64,000 nucleotides of DNA from a virus. Below the pieces are notes generated by a model. That model was not told the origin of the DNA. It was given only the letters and a program-made list of their open reading frames with translations, and did no database searches. Position 1 is the stretch's first letter, and each line of letters opens with the position of its first letter. Below, one piece after another: positions 1-9,921 of the stretch. Position numbers and translations under genes: made by a program. Location of the stretch: positions 1 to 64,000 of IMG/VR virus record IMGVR_UViG_3300042452_000984; one strand, 5' to 3'.

Positions 1-1
1 C

Positions 2-418
2 TTGGGTGCACTCACTAACGCTACCCACCTGGGTAACGGTATCTGGCGAGCGGTGGTGCAACTACCGGACGCTGGCGGCGAAGTGCGCTGGTTTGCCAAC
101 GCTGGGGCGGTGCCGCTGGGGATTGATGTGGTGGATGCGGCGCCATCCGTTAGTGTCGGTGAAAACATTGCCCAGTCAATTTGGACCTACAACCAAGGCG
201 ATCGCTCCCTTTCTGGCAGCCAAGCCAATCTATTTTCTAACCTTCTATCCTTGGTGCAGGCCTTCACCCTGGGGCGCCACCGCATCGACTTTGCTGCTAG
301 TACAACCACCCAGTACAACATAGATGGCACCGTGCGACAGGTATTCAACCTCAGGGACAAGGACGGCAGCCCCGCCACCAATGCTCAGACCGCCGTTGAT
401 CGGGTGCCCCAGCCATGA
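2..418 (+). CDS. Hypothetical phage protein, 5'-truncated
   Basis: Open frame running from the window edge, co-oriented with the downstream genes. Confidence 0.6.
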   Translation: MGALTNATHLGNGIWRAVVQLPDAGGEVRWFANAGAVPLGIDVVDAAPSVSVGENIAQSIWTYNQGDRSLSGSQANLFSNLLSLVQAFTLGRHRIDFAASTTTQYNIDGTVRQVFNLRDKDGSPATNAQTAVDRVPQP

Positions 419-460
419 GCCATCTTCCCGACGTCAGCAAAAAGGTAGGGAGCTAACCCC

Positions 461-685
461 ATGCTCTACCCCCTTGGGCTAACCGGCACCCTTTACCCCC
501 TTGGGCTACACCCTGGCTTGGCAGCCATGCTGATCAAATTTTGCCTAAACCGCCTAGCGATCGCGCCATCGCCCGCCCTTGCCCTTGCCTTGATGCCATC
601 GCCCGCCCTTGCCCTTGCCTTGATGCCATCGCCGGCCCTCGATCTAGTCCTGGAGCAATGCGACCATGCTGTTGATACCTACTGA
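461..685 (+). CDS. Small hypothetical protein containing PSPALALALM repeats
   Basis: ORF overlaps the next gene; GGAG lies upstream. Confidence 0.5.
   Translation: MLYPLGLTGTLYPLGLHPGLAAMLIKFCLNRLAIAPSPALALALMPSPALALALMPSPALDLVLEQCDHAVDTY
565..639 (+). repeat. 30-bp tandem repeat, about 2.5 copies (gccatcgcccgcccttgcccttgccttgat)
   Basis: Read directly from the sequence. Confidence 0.9.
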
Positions 686-1121
686 TAGCGCCCTGGTTCT
701 ATCGGGCGATCGCTTGTACATTGGCGATACTTTTACCCTTAGCTTTAGCCTATCAGTGGAAAGCATGGAGGCTAGCTTTCGACCTAACTTGAGCCAGGTC
801 AACCTCCGCATGATCGGCAAGCGTAACCCAGGCGACCCGGACGAGAAGGCGTTATTTGATAGCGCTCGGGCGACTAATCCCTACTGCACGATCGCCACTG
901 ATCCACCGGTAGGCACCACCTTGAGCGGACGCATCACCATCAACGGCGCGGCGACCGCCAGCCTAAAAACCTTCAAGCCCCAACCAGAGCTAGCCAGCCC
1001 AACGACCCAGCAAGCGGTGTTGCACTTCGCCTTTACCGCCCTCTACCAAGGCGAAAGCCGCCGCAAGGTGTTAGAGACTGGTGAAATTGTATTGCGCCGC
1101 GATCGCATCGAAGATCCATGA
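666..1121 (+). CDS. Hypothetical, possibly a beta-rich virion accessory protein
   Basis: 151-aa ORF coupled to the next gene by ATGA. Confidence 0.6.
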   Translation: MLLIPTDSALVLSGDRLYIGDTFTLSFSLSVESMEASFRPNLSQVNLRMIGKRNPGDPDEKALFDSARATNPYCTIATDPPVGTTLSGRITINGAATASLKTFKPQPELASPTTQQAVLHFAFTALYQGESRRKVLETGEIVLRRDRIEDP

Positions 1122-1843
1122 TTTACTACCGTTTCTATGGATGTTTGTACGAGCACCGGGGTGATCGCCTGTGCAAGGTAGCGGTCGGCACGATGCAGAC
1201 CCGTAATGGTGTCCAGTACCAGCTAAACCAAAACCATCGCTGGCAACGGATCAAAGATTTTGCTGTCCATGAGGGTGATGAGGTAGGGCGCAATGTGGCG
1301 GCATGGAAAGCGGGTAAGGTAATTGGCGGAGCGGTCGCTAACCACGCGATCGCCATGGGTGCTGACCCGATGGCCGCCCAATTGATTTCAGAAACCGTGG
1401 TGCAGGCAGGTACGGCAACAGCGCTATGGGTCGCCCAGCAAGCCCGTAAAGGCACCCTTACCGCCGAAGGGTTAGCGGCTTACTTTGTCCAACAATCAGC
1501 GGCGGCAGCCCTTGGCAAGATGGCCCACCACGAGGCAGAACATTGGTTGCATACCTACAATGCCCAAGCGATCGCCCAGCAGGTAGGACCGATCCTAGCG
1601 GGCAAGGGGGCAGGGTTAGGGACGGTTGCCACGACCGCTAAGACCAAAGCCCATACCGCCTTGGTAGACTGGGTGGTTAGCCGCGGCAAGCATGACCTAG
1701 CGATGCTGGGCAAGGTGTTTGGCCATGACCTAGCCAAGGCGGCTGACCCGCAGGCGATCGCATTGTTGTGGCAATTGCACCAGGCTGGTATTGCCATGGC
1801 CGCTATGCAGTTGAGGTATGCCCATGATGAACATCAGCCCTGA
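1118..1843 (+). CDS. Putative head-cargo protein with a NGVQYQLNQNHRW mini-module and an Ala-rich helical region
   Basis: Mini-module shared with the ORFs at 12889 and 24711; LCKV and LAKA motifs. Confidence 0.6.
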   Translation: MIYYRFYGCLYEHRGDRLCKVAVGTMQTRNGVQYQLNQNHRWQRIKDFAVHEGDEVGRNVAAWKAGKVIGGAVANHAIAMGADPMAAQLISETVVQAGTATALWVAQQARKGTLTAEGLAAYFVQQSAAAALGKMAHHEAEHWLHTYNAQAIAQQVGPILAGKGAGLGTVATTAKTKAHTALVDWVVSRGKHDLAMLGKVFGHDLAKAADPQAIALLWQLHQAGIAMAAMQLRYAHDEHQP

Positions 1844-1973
1844 ACGCGCCGAACTATTGAAGCTAAAGGCCATGAGCGACGAGGAGCGGCTTAGTTACTT
1901 GCTAGCCCGCCACGCGCTTATCCCCCTTGGCAGCCCATTGCCGCCCATCCATCAAGTGCTATGCGAACCCTAA
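1824..1973 (+). CDS. Small hypothetical protein (49 aa, MMNISPERAELL...)
   Basis: Translated by hand; bridges the flanking ORFs with short overlaps. Confidence 0.4.
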   Translation: MMNISPERAELLKLKAMSDEERLSYLLARHALIPLGSPLPPIHQVLCEP

Positions 1974-4900
1974 CGCCAAAGTCTAAACGCAAGCCATTGC
2001 GCCCCAAGGGTGTGTTTGATCTGGAGATCCAGCCCGGCGATCGCCTGTACTTTGTCGGCGATGACTGCGAGCTGTACCGCGGCGAGCAATGCTTGGGGCG
2101 CTACGGCTACCACTGGGAGGATGAGCTAACCAAGGCGGTACAGCGCACCCAACTAGCCCTGGTGGAGGGCGAAGAAAAGCCGGTCAAAGGTCCTAATGTC
2201 ACCAGCATGAAGCCGGAGGCAAAGGCACCCAGGGCACCCAAGGCACCGCCTAAACCTGAGGAACAACCCCAAACCGGCGAACGATGGATTACTATCCACC
2301 CCAATAAGGACAACCCGGACTCCTACGTCAGGGTAAAGATCCGTCAGCACTCAGACGGCACCGCCAGTGTCATTGCAGGTGCCGGGGGCAAACTGAACCA
2401 GTTGCGCCTGACCAAGCTACGCAGCCCGGAGGAATGGAAAGAACGCGCCGCTGAACGCAAGCAAAAACGCCTGGAGAAAGAAGAAAAGCGCCGGGCGGAG
2501 CTAAGTGAGGGCGATCGCCAAGCAGAAGACGACGAAACCACCCAAGCCCGGGAGTACCACCGGGGCGAACGGCACCGTAATGCCAAGGCTACTTTAGACG
2601 CCTACCAGGAGGCAGGGCTAGACCACGGGCTAACGCCGGAGCACCTAGCCGCCCTCGATACCCCCGCCAGCGCTGACACCGACCCGGAGGAAGCTAAGCA
2701 GGTTGAAGCCTTGGCACGAGAGGCGGTCCAAAAGGCGGCAACTATCCAAAAAGCCTACGAACAACGCCTTGTCCAAGACCACGATGCCCGGGCCGCCGCC
2801 AAGCTTGGTGATGAATCCTTGGAGGGGCTAGGCAACCCCCTGCAGCAGGACATTGACCATAGCGCCTATGGCACCGACGGCAATACCATCTCTAACCTCA
2901 CCCAACTGCCTAATGGGCAATGGCTAGTCACCGGCGGCGATAAGGCGGATGCTACCTTTGACACCTGGCAGGAGGCGGCTAAGTATCACCTGGGTAATGT
3001 CAACGAGTACGACGGCACCGCCGGCGATCGCAGCCAGCCCGATGATTTCTATAACCCGAAGCTATGGGTGGCTAACCCGGATGGCGTTGACTTCTCCCCC
3101 CAACTAGCTGGGCAGATGGCAGCCCTGGCCCTGCAGCGCAAAGAGATTGATCGCTCTGATAAAGCAGCCGGTAAGGCTATCAAAAAGAAAATGCCATGGA
3201 AGCGAGAACAGGGGTTTGACATTGGTGGGGTCAGCGGCATCGACGACCAAGCCGCGATCGCTCAGTTGGACCAGGATGCCAAAACCATCGAGGATGCCCT
3301 CACCCACGGCAAGCTATTGGATATGGCGGGGCTGTTGGACCCCCAAGCGATGGCCAAACACCTGCAGACCGGTGGCATGGCCCAACTTGGGGAAATCGCC
3401 TCTGACGTGCTCAAAGTTGCCCAGGTTGATCCGGCAATCATCGCCCAGATGGGCCACGATGAAGCGGCCAAGCTGATTGCCTACCAGATCCGTCAGGCGG
3501 TGGGGGATAGGGAGTATCAGGCGATCGCCGCAGCCCAGGCGGCCCACCACGGCCAATGGTCCACCGAGTACGCTAACCAAGTGATTGCCGAAAATCAACC
3601 CCGCCTGGACGCCCTGCGCGACATCCACCGCCGTATGCAGGAAATCGAAGCGGCCAAGGACGGCGACTATACCCCCGACCAATTGATTGAATTGGATACC
3701 CTCTCCTACCAGTCGGAAACATTGCAGAAGTCGTTGCAGCAATCCATCGGCACCGCCCTGGGGCAATTACAGGCCAGTGCGGCCATGACCCTGGCGCTAG
3801 AGTCTAAGCCCCGTAGTTTGCGCTTTGCCGTCAAGGGTAGCCATGGCGATGTGGCCGACGTGCCCGGGCTATTGTCTACCGATGACAGCCCATCAATCTG
3901 GAGCAGCTACGGACTAACCGCTGAAGACTTTAGCCTGGAGGATGGCCCGGACGGGCAACTGGTATCCATCCAGCCCAGCGGCATGGAAAAGCTTGCCAGC
4001 GCCACCTATAACCCGGAAGACCGGGACGCCTACGAGGACGCGATCGCCATCAAACGCGGTGCCTACGATGAGGACGGGTTCACCCCCGCCGGGTTTGCCT
4101 ATCGGCCTGAGTCCACCTTCACCGATGTGCGGGCCGAGGCACAGCAGTTTGATACCACCTTCAACTACCAGCCGGAGATGGATGATGCCGGTGTGGAGCA
4201 GGCAATTAAACAATACCTGGGTGCCCGGGTTGCCAATGGCGACGATCCGTTGTCAGTACGCCGGGATTTATTTTCGCCGGAGCTTTACCTAAACCTTGGG
4301 CTGAACCAGGATGATGCCCTGCGGGTTAATGGGGCGGTGCAGGCGATGGACCTGAAGCTATTCGGCAAGGATGCCCCCGGGCAAGCCCAGATCCGCAGCG
4401 CCTACCAAGAGCTAGGCGACCAAGCCGCCGCCGCCCAGCGTAGCGCCCGGGCGACCGATGACCTGCAAGCGCTCCACAGCCAAAACCTCAACACCGATAC
4501 CGCCAAGGAAGCCGCCCACCGTGCCCTAGCCGCTATGCCCATGGCAAGGGCTGTCCTCAAGCCCATGGACCAGCTTTCTACCCAGGAACGCAAATACTTG
4601 AGGGACTATGCCATCACCGAAGTGATGGGCGAAACGCTGGAGGCACCAGCCAAGAAAGAAGCTACCCCCGAGGAGGACGTACCTCAGACCGGCTCCCTAT
4701 TCGACCTAGGCAGCTACGACGAACCCGGCGACAAGCCCACCAACGACTACCGCGAACCATCCCAGTGGGATCGGTTTTGCCGCATCATGGGCGGTGAGCA
4801 GAAAGCCTATGATGCCATCCGCGATCGCCTTAAGGGTAATTTCTATAGCCGTTTTGCTAGTGCCTATAGCGCCATCGAAGGCAAGCCATTGCTGACTGGC

Positions 4901-6958
4901 AGCCAAACCCTCACCCATGTAGATCGCTTGGCCGCCGCTAGCCTGCCGCCAGCGGAGCGGGATGAACTACTGGCCCACCTGCGATCGCTGGACCAGTCCG
5001 AAATGGCTCAAGCCCGTAACCGCCAGGGGGGTAAGTTTGCCGTTGAGATGGATGACTGGCTGGACAAGTATCACGAACTAAAGGGCAAGGACCGGCAGCT
5101 AGGGCTACTCACCACCGAGACAGAACGGCAGGGCGTCGATAATACTCAATGGCAACGCACCACCCTAGGCACCCAGGCGGAGCAGGACTTAAACGATGCC
5201 CTCCAAAGCGTCCTGCCGGGCTTTGAGCAAGTCAACTCAGCGGTAAACATCTACCCCGAAGTACGCTGGAATGGTGGCTTTGTCGCCCATCAGCGCGGGC
5301 TAAAGCTACTAGAACGCCAAAAGAAGATCGGCATGCACTATAGTGCTGGATCTGGAAAAACTGCGGGAATGCTCGGTGCTTTCACCCATTTGCAAAACCA
5401 GGGTAAAGTCACTCGCACCCTGGTAGCGGTGCCCTCCGGCATTCTGGGGCAGGCGGTGGGGGAATGTGCCACCTTCCTAGAACCTGGCAAATACAATTAC
5501 TCCGCCAATATTGGCTGGGACCGGGAGAAGCGCATCGAGGCACTGCGTAACCCCGATATGCACCTCCATTTTACCACCCGGGAATCCCTAGCCGGTGATC
5601 TATTGCACCTGGTGGAAAAACACACTGGCATCGGGGCGGAGGACTTTCAAAATACCGATGCTCGCAGTGAGGACGATCGCCGATCGCTCCTCCTAACCGC
5701 CCTACAGCAAGAAGGCATCGACCCCAGCAGCCTGCTATTCAGTGTTGATGAAGCCCACGACCTATCCCGCCGTCAGGGTGTATCACCGTCCCGGCGATCG
5801 CTGGTCCTTGATGCCCTGGCCCACCATAGCGCCTACCATATCAGCGCCACCGGCACGCCCTTAAAGAATGATGCTTCTGAGATTGCCGACTTCCTGCAAA
5901 AGGTGGGGGCACCTGAAGTAAAGGACGTTGGCGCCTTTATGGCCCGCTATGGCAAAAATACCCAGGCCAGCCGCCGTAGCTTACAGCGATTGGTAGCTAA
6001 GTACGCCTACGCGATCGCCGTCAAGCCTACCACCAAGGACGGGCAGGAGTTATCCATGCGGATGGAGCAGCCTAAGATCGCCCTGTCTGACCACCAAAAG
6101 ACTCAGCGGGCAGAACTACTAAAGCACTACGACACCCTACAAGCCTGGCGGGAGCAGGAACTACCCAAGATAATGGCGGCTAAGCGAGAGCGGGGCGATA
6201 ACTCACCCCTCAATGCCAAAGACCTTGCCCATGCCTGGGAGGATGAGGGCGTTAGAGCCGCGATCGCCGCCCTATCGCCTGAGTCCTACGGCAAGCTAGA
6301 CGATGCCACCAAGCAAGCCAAGGCAGGCGGGCAATTGCTAGGCGCCTCCGCGCTTAAGTACGCCGCCCTATCGCGGCTCTACCACCAGACTGACTACGCC
6401 AACAACGGCAAGGCGCAGCACGTCGTTAAAATGGCCGCCCAAGCCAAGGCAGGCGGTAAACCCATGGTGATCTTTGCCGCCTCCGCCCAGGCCGCCCAGA
6501 TGTTGCGGAACCAGCTTGCCAAGGAGGGGCACCGGGTTGGCTATATCGACGGCAACCTAGGGCCAGAGGAGAAGGACAAAGAACGCCTACGGTTCTCCCC
6601 TGTTGCGGACGAACAGGCGGAGACCGACATTCTAGTGACCACCGACGCCGCCCAGACCGGGCTTAACCTGCAACGGGGTAAGTTACTAGTCCACTACGAT
6701 ATTCCCCTTACCCAAAAATCATGGGACCAGCGCTCAGCCCGTATCTACCGCCGGGGCCAGACTGAGGACGTTGACGTTCATACTTTGGTCGCTGATGCCC
6801 CGGAGGACGCGATCGCCCTGGCCCGGATGCAGCGCAAAGGTAGTGACAGCGAACTATTCCAGGGTGCTGATGCCACCCAGGGCCATGCTGAACTACTAGA
6901 CGATACTGGACTAGCCGCCGCGATCGCGGAGTTTATGCAAGAGGATGATCCGGGTTGA
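1961..6958 (+). CDS. Large polyvalent protein with a C-terminal SNF2/SF2 helicase (DarB-like role)
   Basis: Motifs YSAGSGKT (I), VDEAH (II), SATGTP (III), TDAAQTGLNLQ (V) and QRSARIYRRGQ (VI). N-terminal LTKA and a WITIHPN...GAGGKLN module typical of phage head-associated proteins. Confidence 0.85.
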   Translation: MRTLTPKSKRKPLRPKGVFDLEIQPGDRLYFVGDDCELYRGEQCLGRYGYHWEDELTKAVQRTQLALVEGEEKPVKGPNVTSMKPEAKAPRAPKAPPKPEEQPQTGERWITIHPNKDNPDSYVRVKIRQHSDGTASVIAGAGGKLNQLRLTKLRSPEEWKERAAERKQKRLEKEEKRRAELSEGDRQAEDDETTQAREYHRGERHRNAKATLDAYQEAGLDHGLTPEHLAALDTPASADTDPEEAKQVEALAREAVQKAATIQKAYEQRLVQDHDARAAAKLGDESLEGLGNPLQQDIDHSAYGTDGNTISNLTQLPNGQWLVTGGDKADATFDTWQEAAKYHLGNVNEYDGTAGDRSQPDDFYNPKLWVANPDGVDFSPQLAGQMAALALQRKEIDRSDKAAGKAIKKKMPWKREQGFDIGGVSGIDDQAAIAQLDQDAKTIEDALTHGKLLDMAGLLDPQAMAKHLQTGGMAQLGEIASDVLKVAQVDPAIIAQMGHDEAAKLIAYQIRQAVGDREYQAIAAAQAAHHGQWSTEYANQVIAENQPRLDALRDIHRRMQEIEAAKDGDYTPDQLIELDTLSYQSETLQKSLQQSIGTALGQLQASAAMTLALESKPRSLRFAVKGSHGDVADVPGLLSTDDSPSIWSSYGLTAEDFSLEDGPDGQLVSIQPSGMEKLASATYNPEDRDAYEDAIAIKRGAYDEDGFTPAGFAYRPESTFTDVRAEAQQFDTTFNYQPEMDDAGVEQAIKQYLGARVANGDDPLSVRRDLFSPELYLNLGLNQDDALRVNGAVQAMDLKLFGKDAPGQAQIRSAYQELGDQAAAAQRSARATDDLQALHSQNLNTDTAKEAAHRALAAMPMARAVLKPMDQLSTQERKYLRDYAITEVMGETLEAPAKKEATPEEDVPQTGSLFDLGSYDEPGDKPTNDYREPSQWDRFCRIMGGEQKAYDAIRDRLKGNFYSRFASAYSAIEGKPLLTGSQTLTHVDRLAAASLPPAERDELLAHLRSLDQSEMAQARNRQGGKFAVEMDDWLDKYHELKGKDRQLGLLTTETERQGVDNTQWQRTTLGTQAEQDLNDALQSVLPGFEQVNSAVNIYPEVRWNGGFVAHQRGLKLLERQKKIGMHYSAGSGKTAGMLGAFTHLQNQGKVTRTLVAVPSGILGQAVGECATFLEPGKYNYSANIGWDREKRIEALRNPDMHLHFTTRESLAGDLLHLVEKHTGIGAEDFQNTDARSEDDRRSLLLTALQQEGIDPSSLLFSVDEAHDLSRRQGVSPSRRSLVLDALAHHSAYHISATGTPLKNDASEIADFLQKVGAPEVKDVGAFMARYGKNTQASRRSLQRLVAKYAYAIAVKPTTKDGQELSMRMEQPKIALSDHQKTQRAELLKHYDTLQAWREQELPKIMAAKRERGDNSPLNAKDLAHAWEDEGVRAAIAALSPESYGKLDDATKQAKAGGQLLGASALKYAALSRLYHQTDYANNGKAQHVVKMAAQAKAGGKPMVIFAASAQAAQMLRNQLAKEGHRVGYIDGNLGPEEKDKERLRFSPVADEQAETDILVTTDAAQTGLNLQRGKLLVHYDIPLTQKSWDQRSARIYRRGQTEDVDVHTLVADAPEDAIALARMQRKGSDSELFQGADATQGHAELLDDTGLAAAIAEFMQEDDPG

Positions 6959-7011
6959 CAAAGCATATACGCTACAGACAAAGCTAAAGCATATATGCTA
7001 TAAATAAATTA

Positions 7012-7230
7012 TTGCGCACGGAGCGATCTATGAGAACTGTAGAAATCAAGGACTTGGACTCCGGGAAAATAGTGTGGAGAGGACATTACTGGTTCTTTTA
7101 TCAAGCTAAGGAGCGCGCGAAACTACACTTACCCCCTGGGTCCTACGCTATTCAAGGCACCAATAGCTCTGCCTGTAATCCGCGAATCACCCACCGTCAA
7201 TGGCTAAGTGCGGAAACCTTCGAAATATAA
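7012..7230 (+). CDS. Small hypothetical protein; start more likely ATG 7030
   Basis: GGAG lies before ATG 7030; AT-rich promoter region upstream. Confidence 0.5.
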   Translation: MRTERSMRTVEIKDLDSGKIVWRGHYWFFYQAKERAKLHLPPGSYAIQGTNSSACNPRITHRQWLSAETFEI

Positions 7231-7282
7231 GCCTTGACCAAAAGAGCATATATACTAAAGGGGTCGTGTTGGAGATACCCCG

Positions 7283-7420
7283 ATGACTGTTGAGCAAATT
7301 ATCACTGAACTAGAAGATATTGCCGCTGTCCTGCGCAGCGATGCCGCTGTTGACCAGGAGGCGATCGTGGCCAGGGCGGAGCGGGTAAGGGACGAAATGC
7401 TGGCGGCAAGCCAGGAATGA
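7283..7420 (+). CDS. Small helical protein (45 aa, MTVEQIITELEDIAA...)
   Basis: Translated by hand; GGAG RBS; followed by a terminator. Confidence 0.55.
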   Translation: MTVEQIITELEDIAAVLRSDAAVDQEAIVARAERVRDEMLAASQE

Positions 7421-7437
7421 TTTAGCGTTAGGCGTTG

Positions 7438-7473
7438 GCAGACCCCCAGCGATCGCTGGGGGTTTTGCTTTGG
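7438..7473 (+). terminator. Intrinsic terminator, repeat copy 1, with HIP1 at its centre
   Basis: acccccagcgatcgctgggggt followed by tttgcttt. Confidence 0.8.
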
Positions 7474-7492
7474 GGGGCTATTGCAAATAGCC

Positions 7493-7550
7493 TATCGGAA
7501 AGTGTTGACGATTCGATAGGCAGAAGGTATATTGAAATTGTTGAACCACT
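7493..7550 (+). promoter_or_regulatory. Sigma70-type promoter with a TATCG-N16-CGATA inverted repeat, copy 1
   Basis: TTGACG-17 nt-TATATT; near-identical copy at 24543-24601 on the minus strand. Confidence 0.8.
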
Positions 7551-7566
7551 CAGAGAGGACCGACCA

Positions 7567-7845
7567 ATGGTTGCTACACTTTCTTTTGACGATTTCCTAG
7601 CTACTGTCCAGGCTGAAGAGAATTTCCCTGAAGAGCGGGTTACAGCCCGCAATTTTCTTGCTCAGTACCCGCATTGGCAAGCATCTACTACTAAACCTTG
7701 GTACGAGCTAGAGTACCGGGGGTGGGCTGTGACCTACAGCAGCGTTGGGTGGGAGTACTCATTCAATGGGATCACCTGCCAAGGTGATTCCTTGGTGGAT
7801 GCTAAGTTGCGCCACCACGCTAAATATCAAGCGCACTTGGCTTAG
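7567..7845 (+). CDS. Moron-like hypothetical protein (MVATLSFDDF...)
   Basis: Start reassigned to the ATG downstream of the promoter and GAGG RBS. Confidence 0.7.
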   Translation: MVATLSFDDFLATVQAEENFPEERVTARNFLAQYPHWQASTTKPWYELEYRGWAVTYSSVGWEYSFNGITCQGDSLVDAKLRHHAKYQAHLA

Positions 7846-7851
7846 TTTAAC

Positions 7852-7898
7852 CCACCGCTTTCCCGCAGACCCCCGGCTTAGCTGGGGGTTTTGTTCTG
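7852..7898 (+). terminator. Intrinsic terminator, repeat copy 2
   Basis: gcagacccccggcttagctgggggttttgtt. Confidence 0.75.
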
Positions 7899-7953
7899 GG
7901 GTCGACCAGGGCTCTCCCCTGCTTTATCACGCTTAAATTGTTGAGGTGAAGTT

Positions 7954-8643
7954 ATGGCTACTGGAATTGAATGGACTAACGAAACCTGGAACCCTACCAC
8001 GGGATGCAACAAAGTTTCTCCCGGCTGCGCTCATTGCTACGCCGAGGAAATGACCCGACGATTCCCCCATGCCTGGCCAGAGGGGTTTGCTTTCACTCTC
8101 AAGCCAGAACGGTTACAGCAGCCTCTGAAGTGGCGAAAGCCTAAGCGGGTGTTTGTCAACTCCATGTCTGACCTGTTTCATAAAGAGATGCCTTTGGACT
8201 ATCTGAAACAGATTTTTGCCGTCATGGAGTCCACCCCCAGGCATAGCTACCAAGTCTTGACTAAGCGGGCTGAGCGGCTAGCTGAGCTGGCCCCTGGGCT
8301 TCCTTGGCCAGACAACGTATGGATGGGTGTATCGGTTGAAAGTCAGGACTACACTAGCCGGATAGACTTTCTGCGAATGGTTCCGGCTGCGGTGCGGTTT
8401 TTGTCTTGTGAGCCATTGCTAGGGCCGCTGGAGCTTGACTTAAGTGGCATCCACTGGGTGATCGTTGGTGGCGAGTCTGGCCTAAAGCATAGGCCCATTG
8501 ATCCGGCCTGGGTCCGATCCATCCGTGACCAGTGCCAAGCTCAGGGAGTCGCGTTTTTCTTTAAGCAGTGGGGTGGCAGGACTAGCAAGGCTAACGGGCG
8601 CTTGCTTGACGGACAAGTATGGGAACAATACCCAGCAGCCTAA
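7954..8643 (+). CDS. Phage Gp37/Gp68 (DUF5131) family radical-SAM-like protein
   Basis: IEWTNETWNP, CNKVSPGCAHCYA, FVNSMSDLFH, FLSCEPLLG, WVIVGGESG and FFFKQWGG. Confidence 0.92.
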   Translation: MATGIEWTNETWNPTTGCNKVSPGCAHCYAEEMTRRFPHAWPEGFAFTLKPERLQQPLKWRKPKRVFVNSMSDLFHKEMPLDYLKQIFAVMESTPRHSYQVLTKRAERLAELAPGLPWPDNVWMGVSVESQDYTSRIDFLRMVPAAVRFLSCEPLLGPLELDLSGIHWVIVGGESGLKHRPIDPAWVRSIRDQCQAQGVAFFFKQWGGRTSKANGRLLDGQVWEQYPAA

Positions 8644-8648
8644 GCCCA

Positions 8649-8697
8649 CCACCGTCTTCCCGCAGACCCCCAGCGATCGCTGGGGGTTTTGCTTTGG
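8649..8697 (+). terminator. Intrinsic terminator, repeat copy 3
   Basis: cccgcagacccccagcgatcgctgggggttttgcttt. Confidence 0.8.
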
Positions 8698-8767
8698 CAT
8701 TTCTCCGTAGCAAAAACGCTATAGACGTGTTAAAAATACACTTGTGTTTTATTTTTGCTACACGCCT

Positions 8768-9880
8768 ATGCCTGGCATTCGCACTTTATACCCCCGTGGC
8801 AGTAAAGAGGACGGTCTAGGCGTATTCCTAGCCAAAATGGGCAAGCACAAGCTTCTCACCCCTGCCCAGGAGATAGAGCTAGGGCGCCAAGTGCAGGAGG
8901 GGCTATGGGCGGCGGCAACGGTCCTAAGCGATCGCGATCGCCGTCAGCCACTACAAGAAGATTTTGAACGCCAGCACCGTAGCGAACACGGTGAACTACC
9001 AACCCAGGTGGAAATTGACACCTACTTTGACGAGGCACGGCAGCGGTTAATTGATACCTACCGCCAGGGCCACCCGGAGGCGACAGAGGCGGAGATGCGA
9101 CGCCATTTTGAACGGGTAGCCCGGCAGGGTAAGAAAGCTTGCGACCAGATGGTGATTCGTAACCTGCGCCTAGTAGTGAGTGTGGCCCACAAATATTCCA
9201 AGCACGGGCTAGAGCTAGGGGATTTAATCCAGGAGGGCGTCGTTGGATTAGTGCGAGGGGTGGAAAAGTTTGACCCGGCCAAGGGCTATAAATTTTCGAC
9301 CTATGCCTACTGGTGGATTCGTCAGGCGATCACCCGGGCCATCAGCAACAAGGCAAAGTCGATCCGCCTACCGATCCACGTCGTTGACGTACTCAATAAG
9401 GTGCGCCGCTATGGGCATGTTTTCCGGGCTCAGCACGGACGCTACCCAAGCGATCGCGAAGTGGCCGAGCATTTCTCCTCCCGCAATGGTGTCTCCGTCG
9501 ATGAATGGATGAGGCGGCTACAGCAGTTCAAGGCGATGAATATCGCGCCGACTAGCCTGGACCATGTGGTGGATAACGGCGATCGCGCTAAAAGCACAAT
9601 CCACGACCTTGTAGGGGGTATCGATGATAGTTCTGTCAGTTTGTTTGGAGATCAGGTTATCGAGGAATTGGGCGCCGCTGTGGTGGGCTTGCCGACCCGG
9701 GAGCGGCAGGTGGTGGAGCTAAAGTACGGGCTGCTCAGCGGCACACCCAAATCCCTCAGTGAAGTAGCCAGGGAGATGGATGCACCACTGGCGACGGTAC
9801 GAACGATCCACGTCAGGGCATTACGACGATTGTCTAGGGAGCGGCGAGGCTTGCGATCGCTGCTCGAAGGACTGGAGTGA
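8768..9880 (+). CDS. RpoD-family (group 2-like) RNA polymerase sigma factor
   Basis: Region 1.2 [11 protein letters not shown]; region 2 [18 protein letters not shown] and [26 protein letters not shown]; region 4 HTH. Confidence 0.93.
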   Translation: MPGIRTLYPRGSKEDGLGVFLAKMGKHKLLTPAQEIELGRQVQEGLWAAATVLSDRDRRQPLQEDFERQHRSEHGELPTQVEIDTYFDEARQRLIDTYRQGHPEATEAEMRRHFERVARQGKKACDQMVIRNLRLVVSVAHKYSKHGLELGDLIQEGVVGLVRGVEKFDPAKGYKFSTYAYWWIRQAITRAISNKAKSIRLPIHVVDVLNKVRRYGHVFRAQHGRYPSDREVAEHFSSRNGVSVDEWMRRLQQFKAMNIAPTSLDHVVDNGDRAKSTIHDLVGGIDDSSVSLFGDQVIEELGAAVVGLPTRERQVVELKYGLLSGTPKSLSEVAREMDAPLATVRTIHVRALRRLSRERRGLRSLLEGLE

Positions 9881-9921
9881 ACCTCGGTAGAATGGGGAGT
9901 AAATTACCCCTCCCCTACCCC

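Noticed and set aside
7435-7566. N-terminal extension of ORF 7435
   Set aside because: It spans a terminator and a promoter; the real start is ATG 7567
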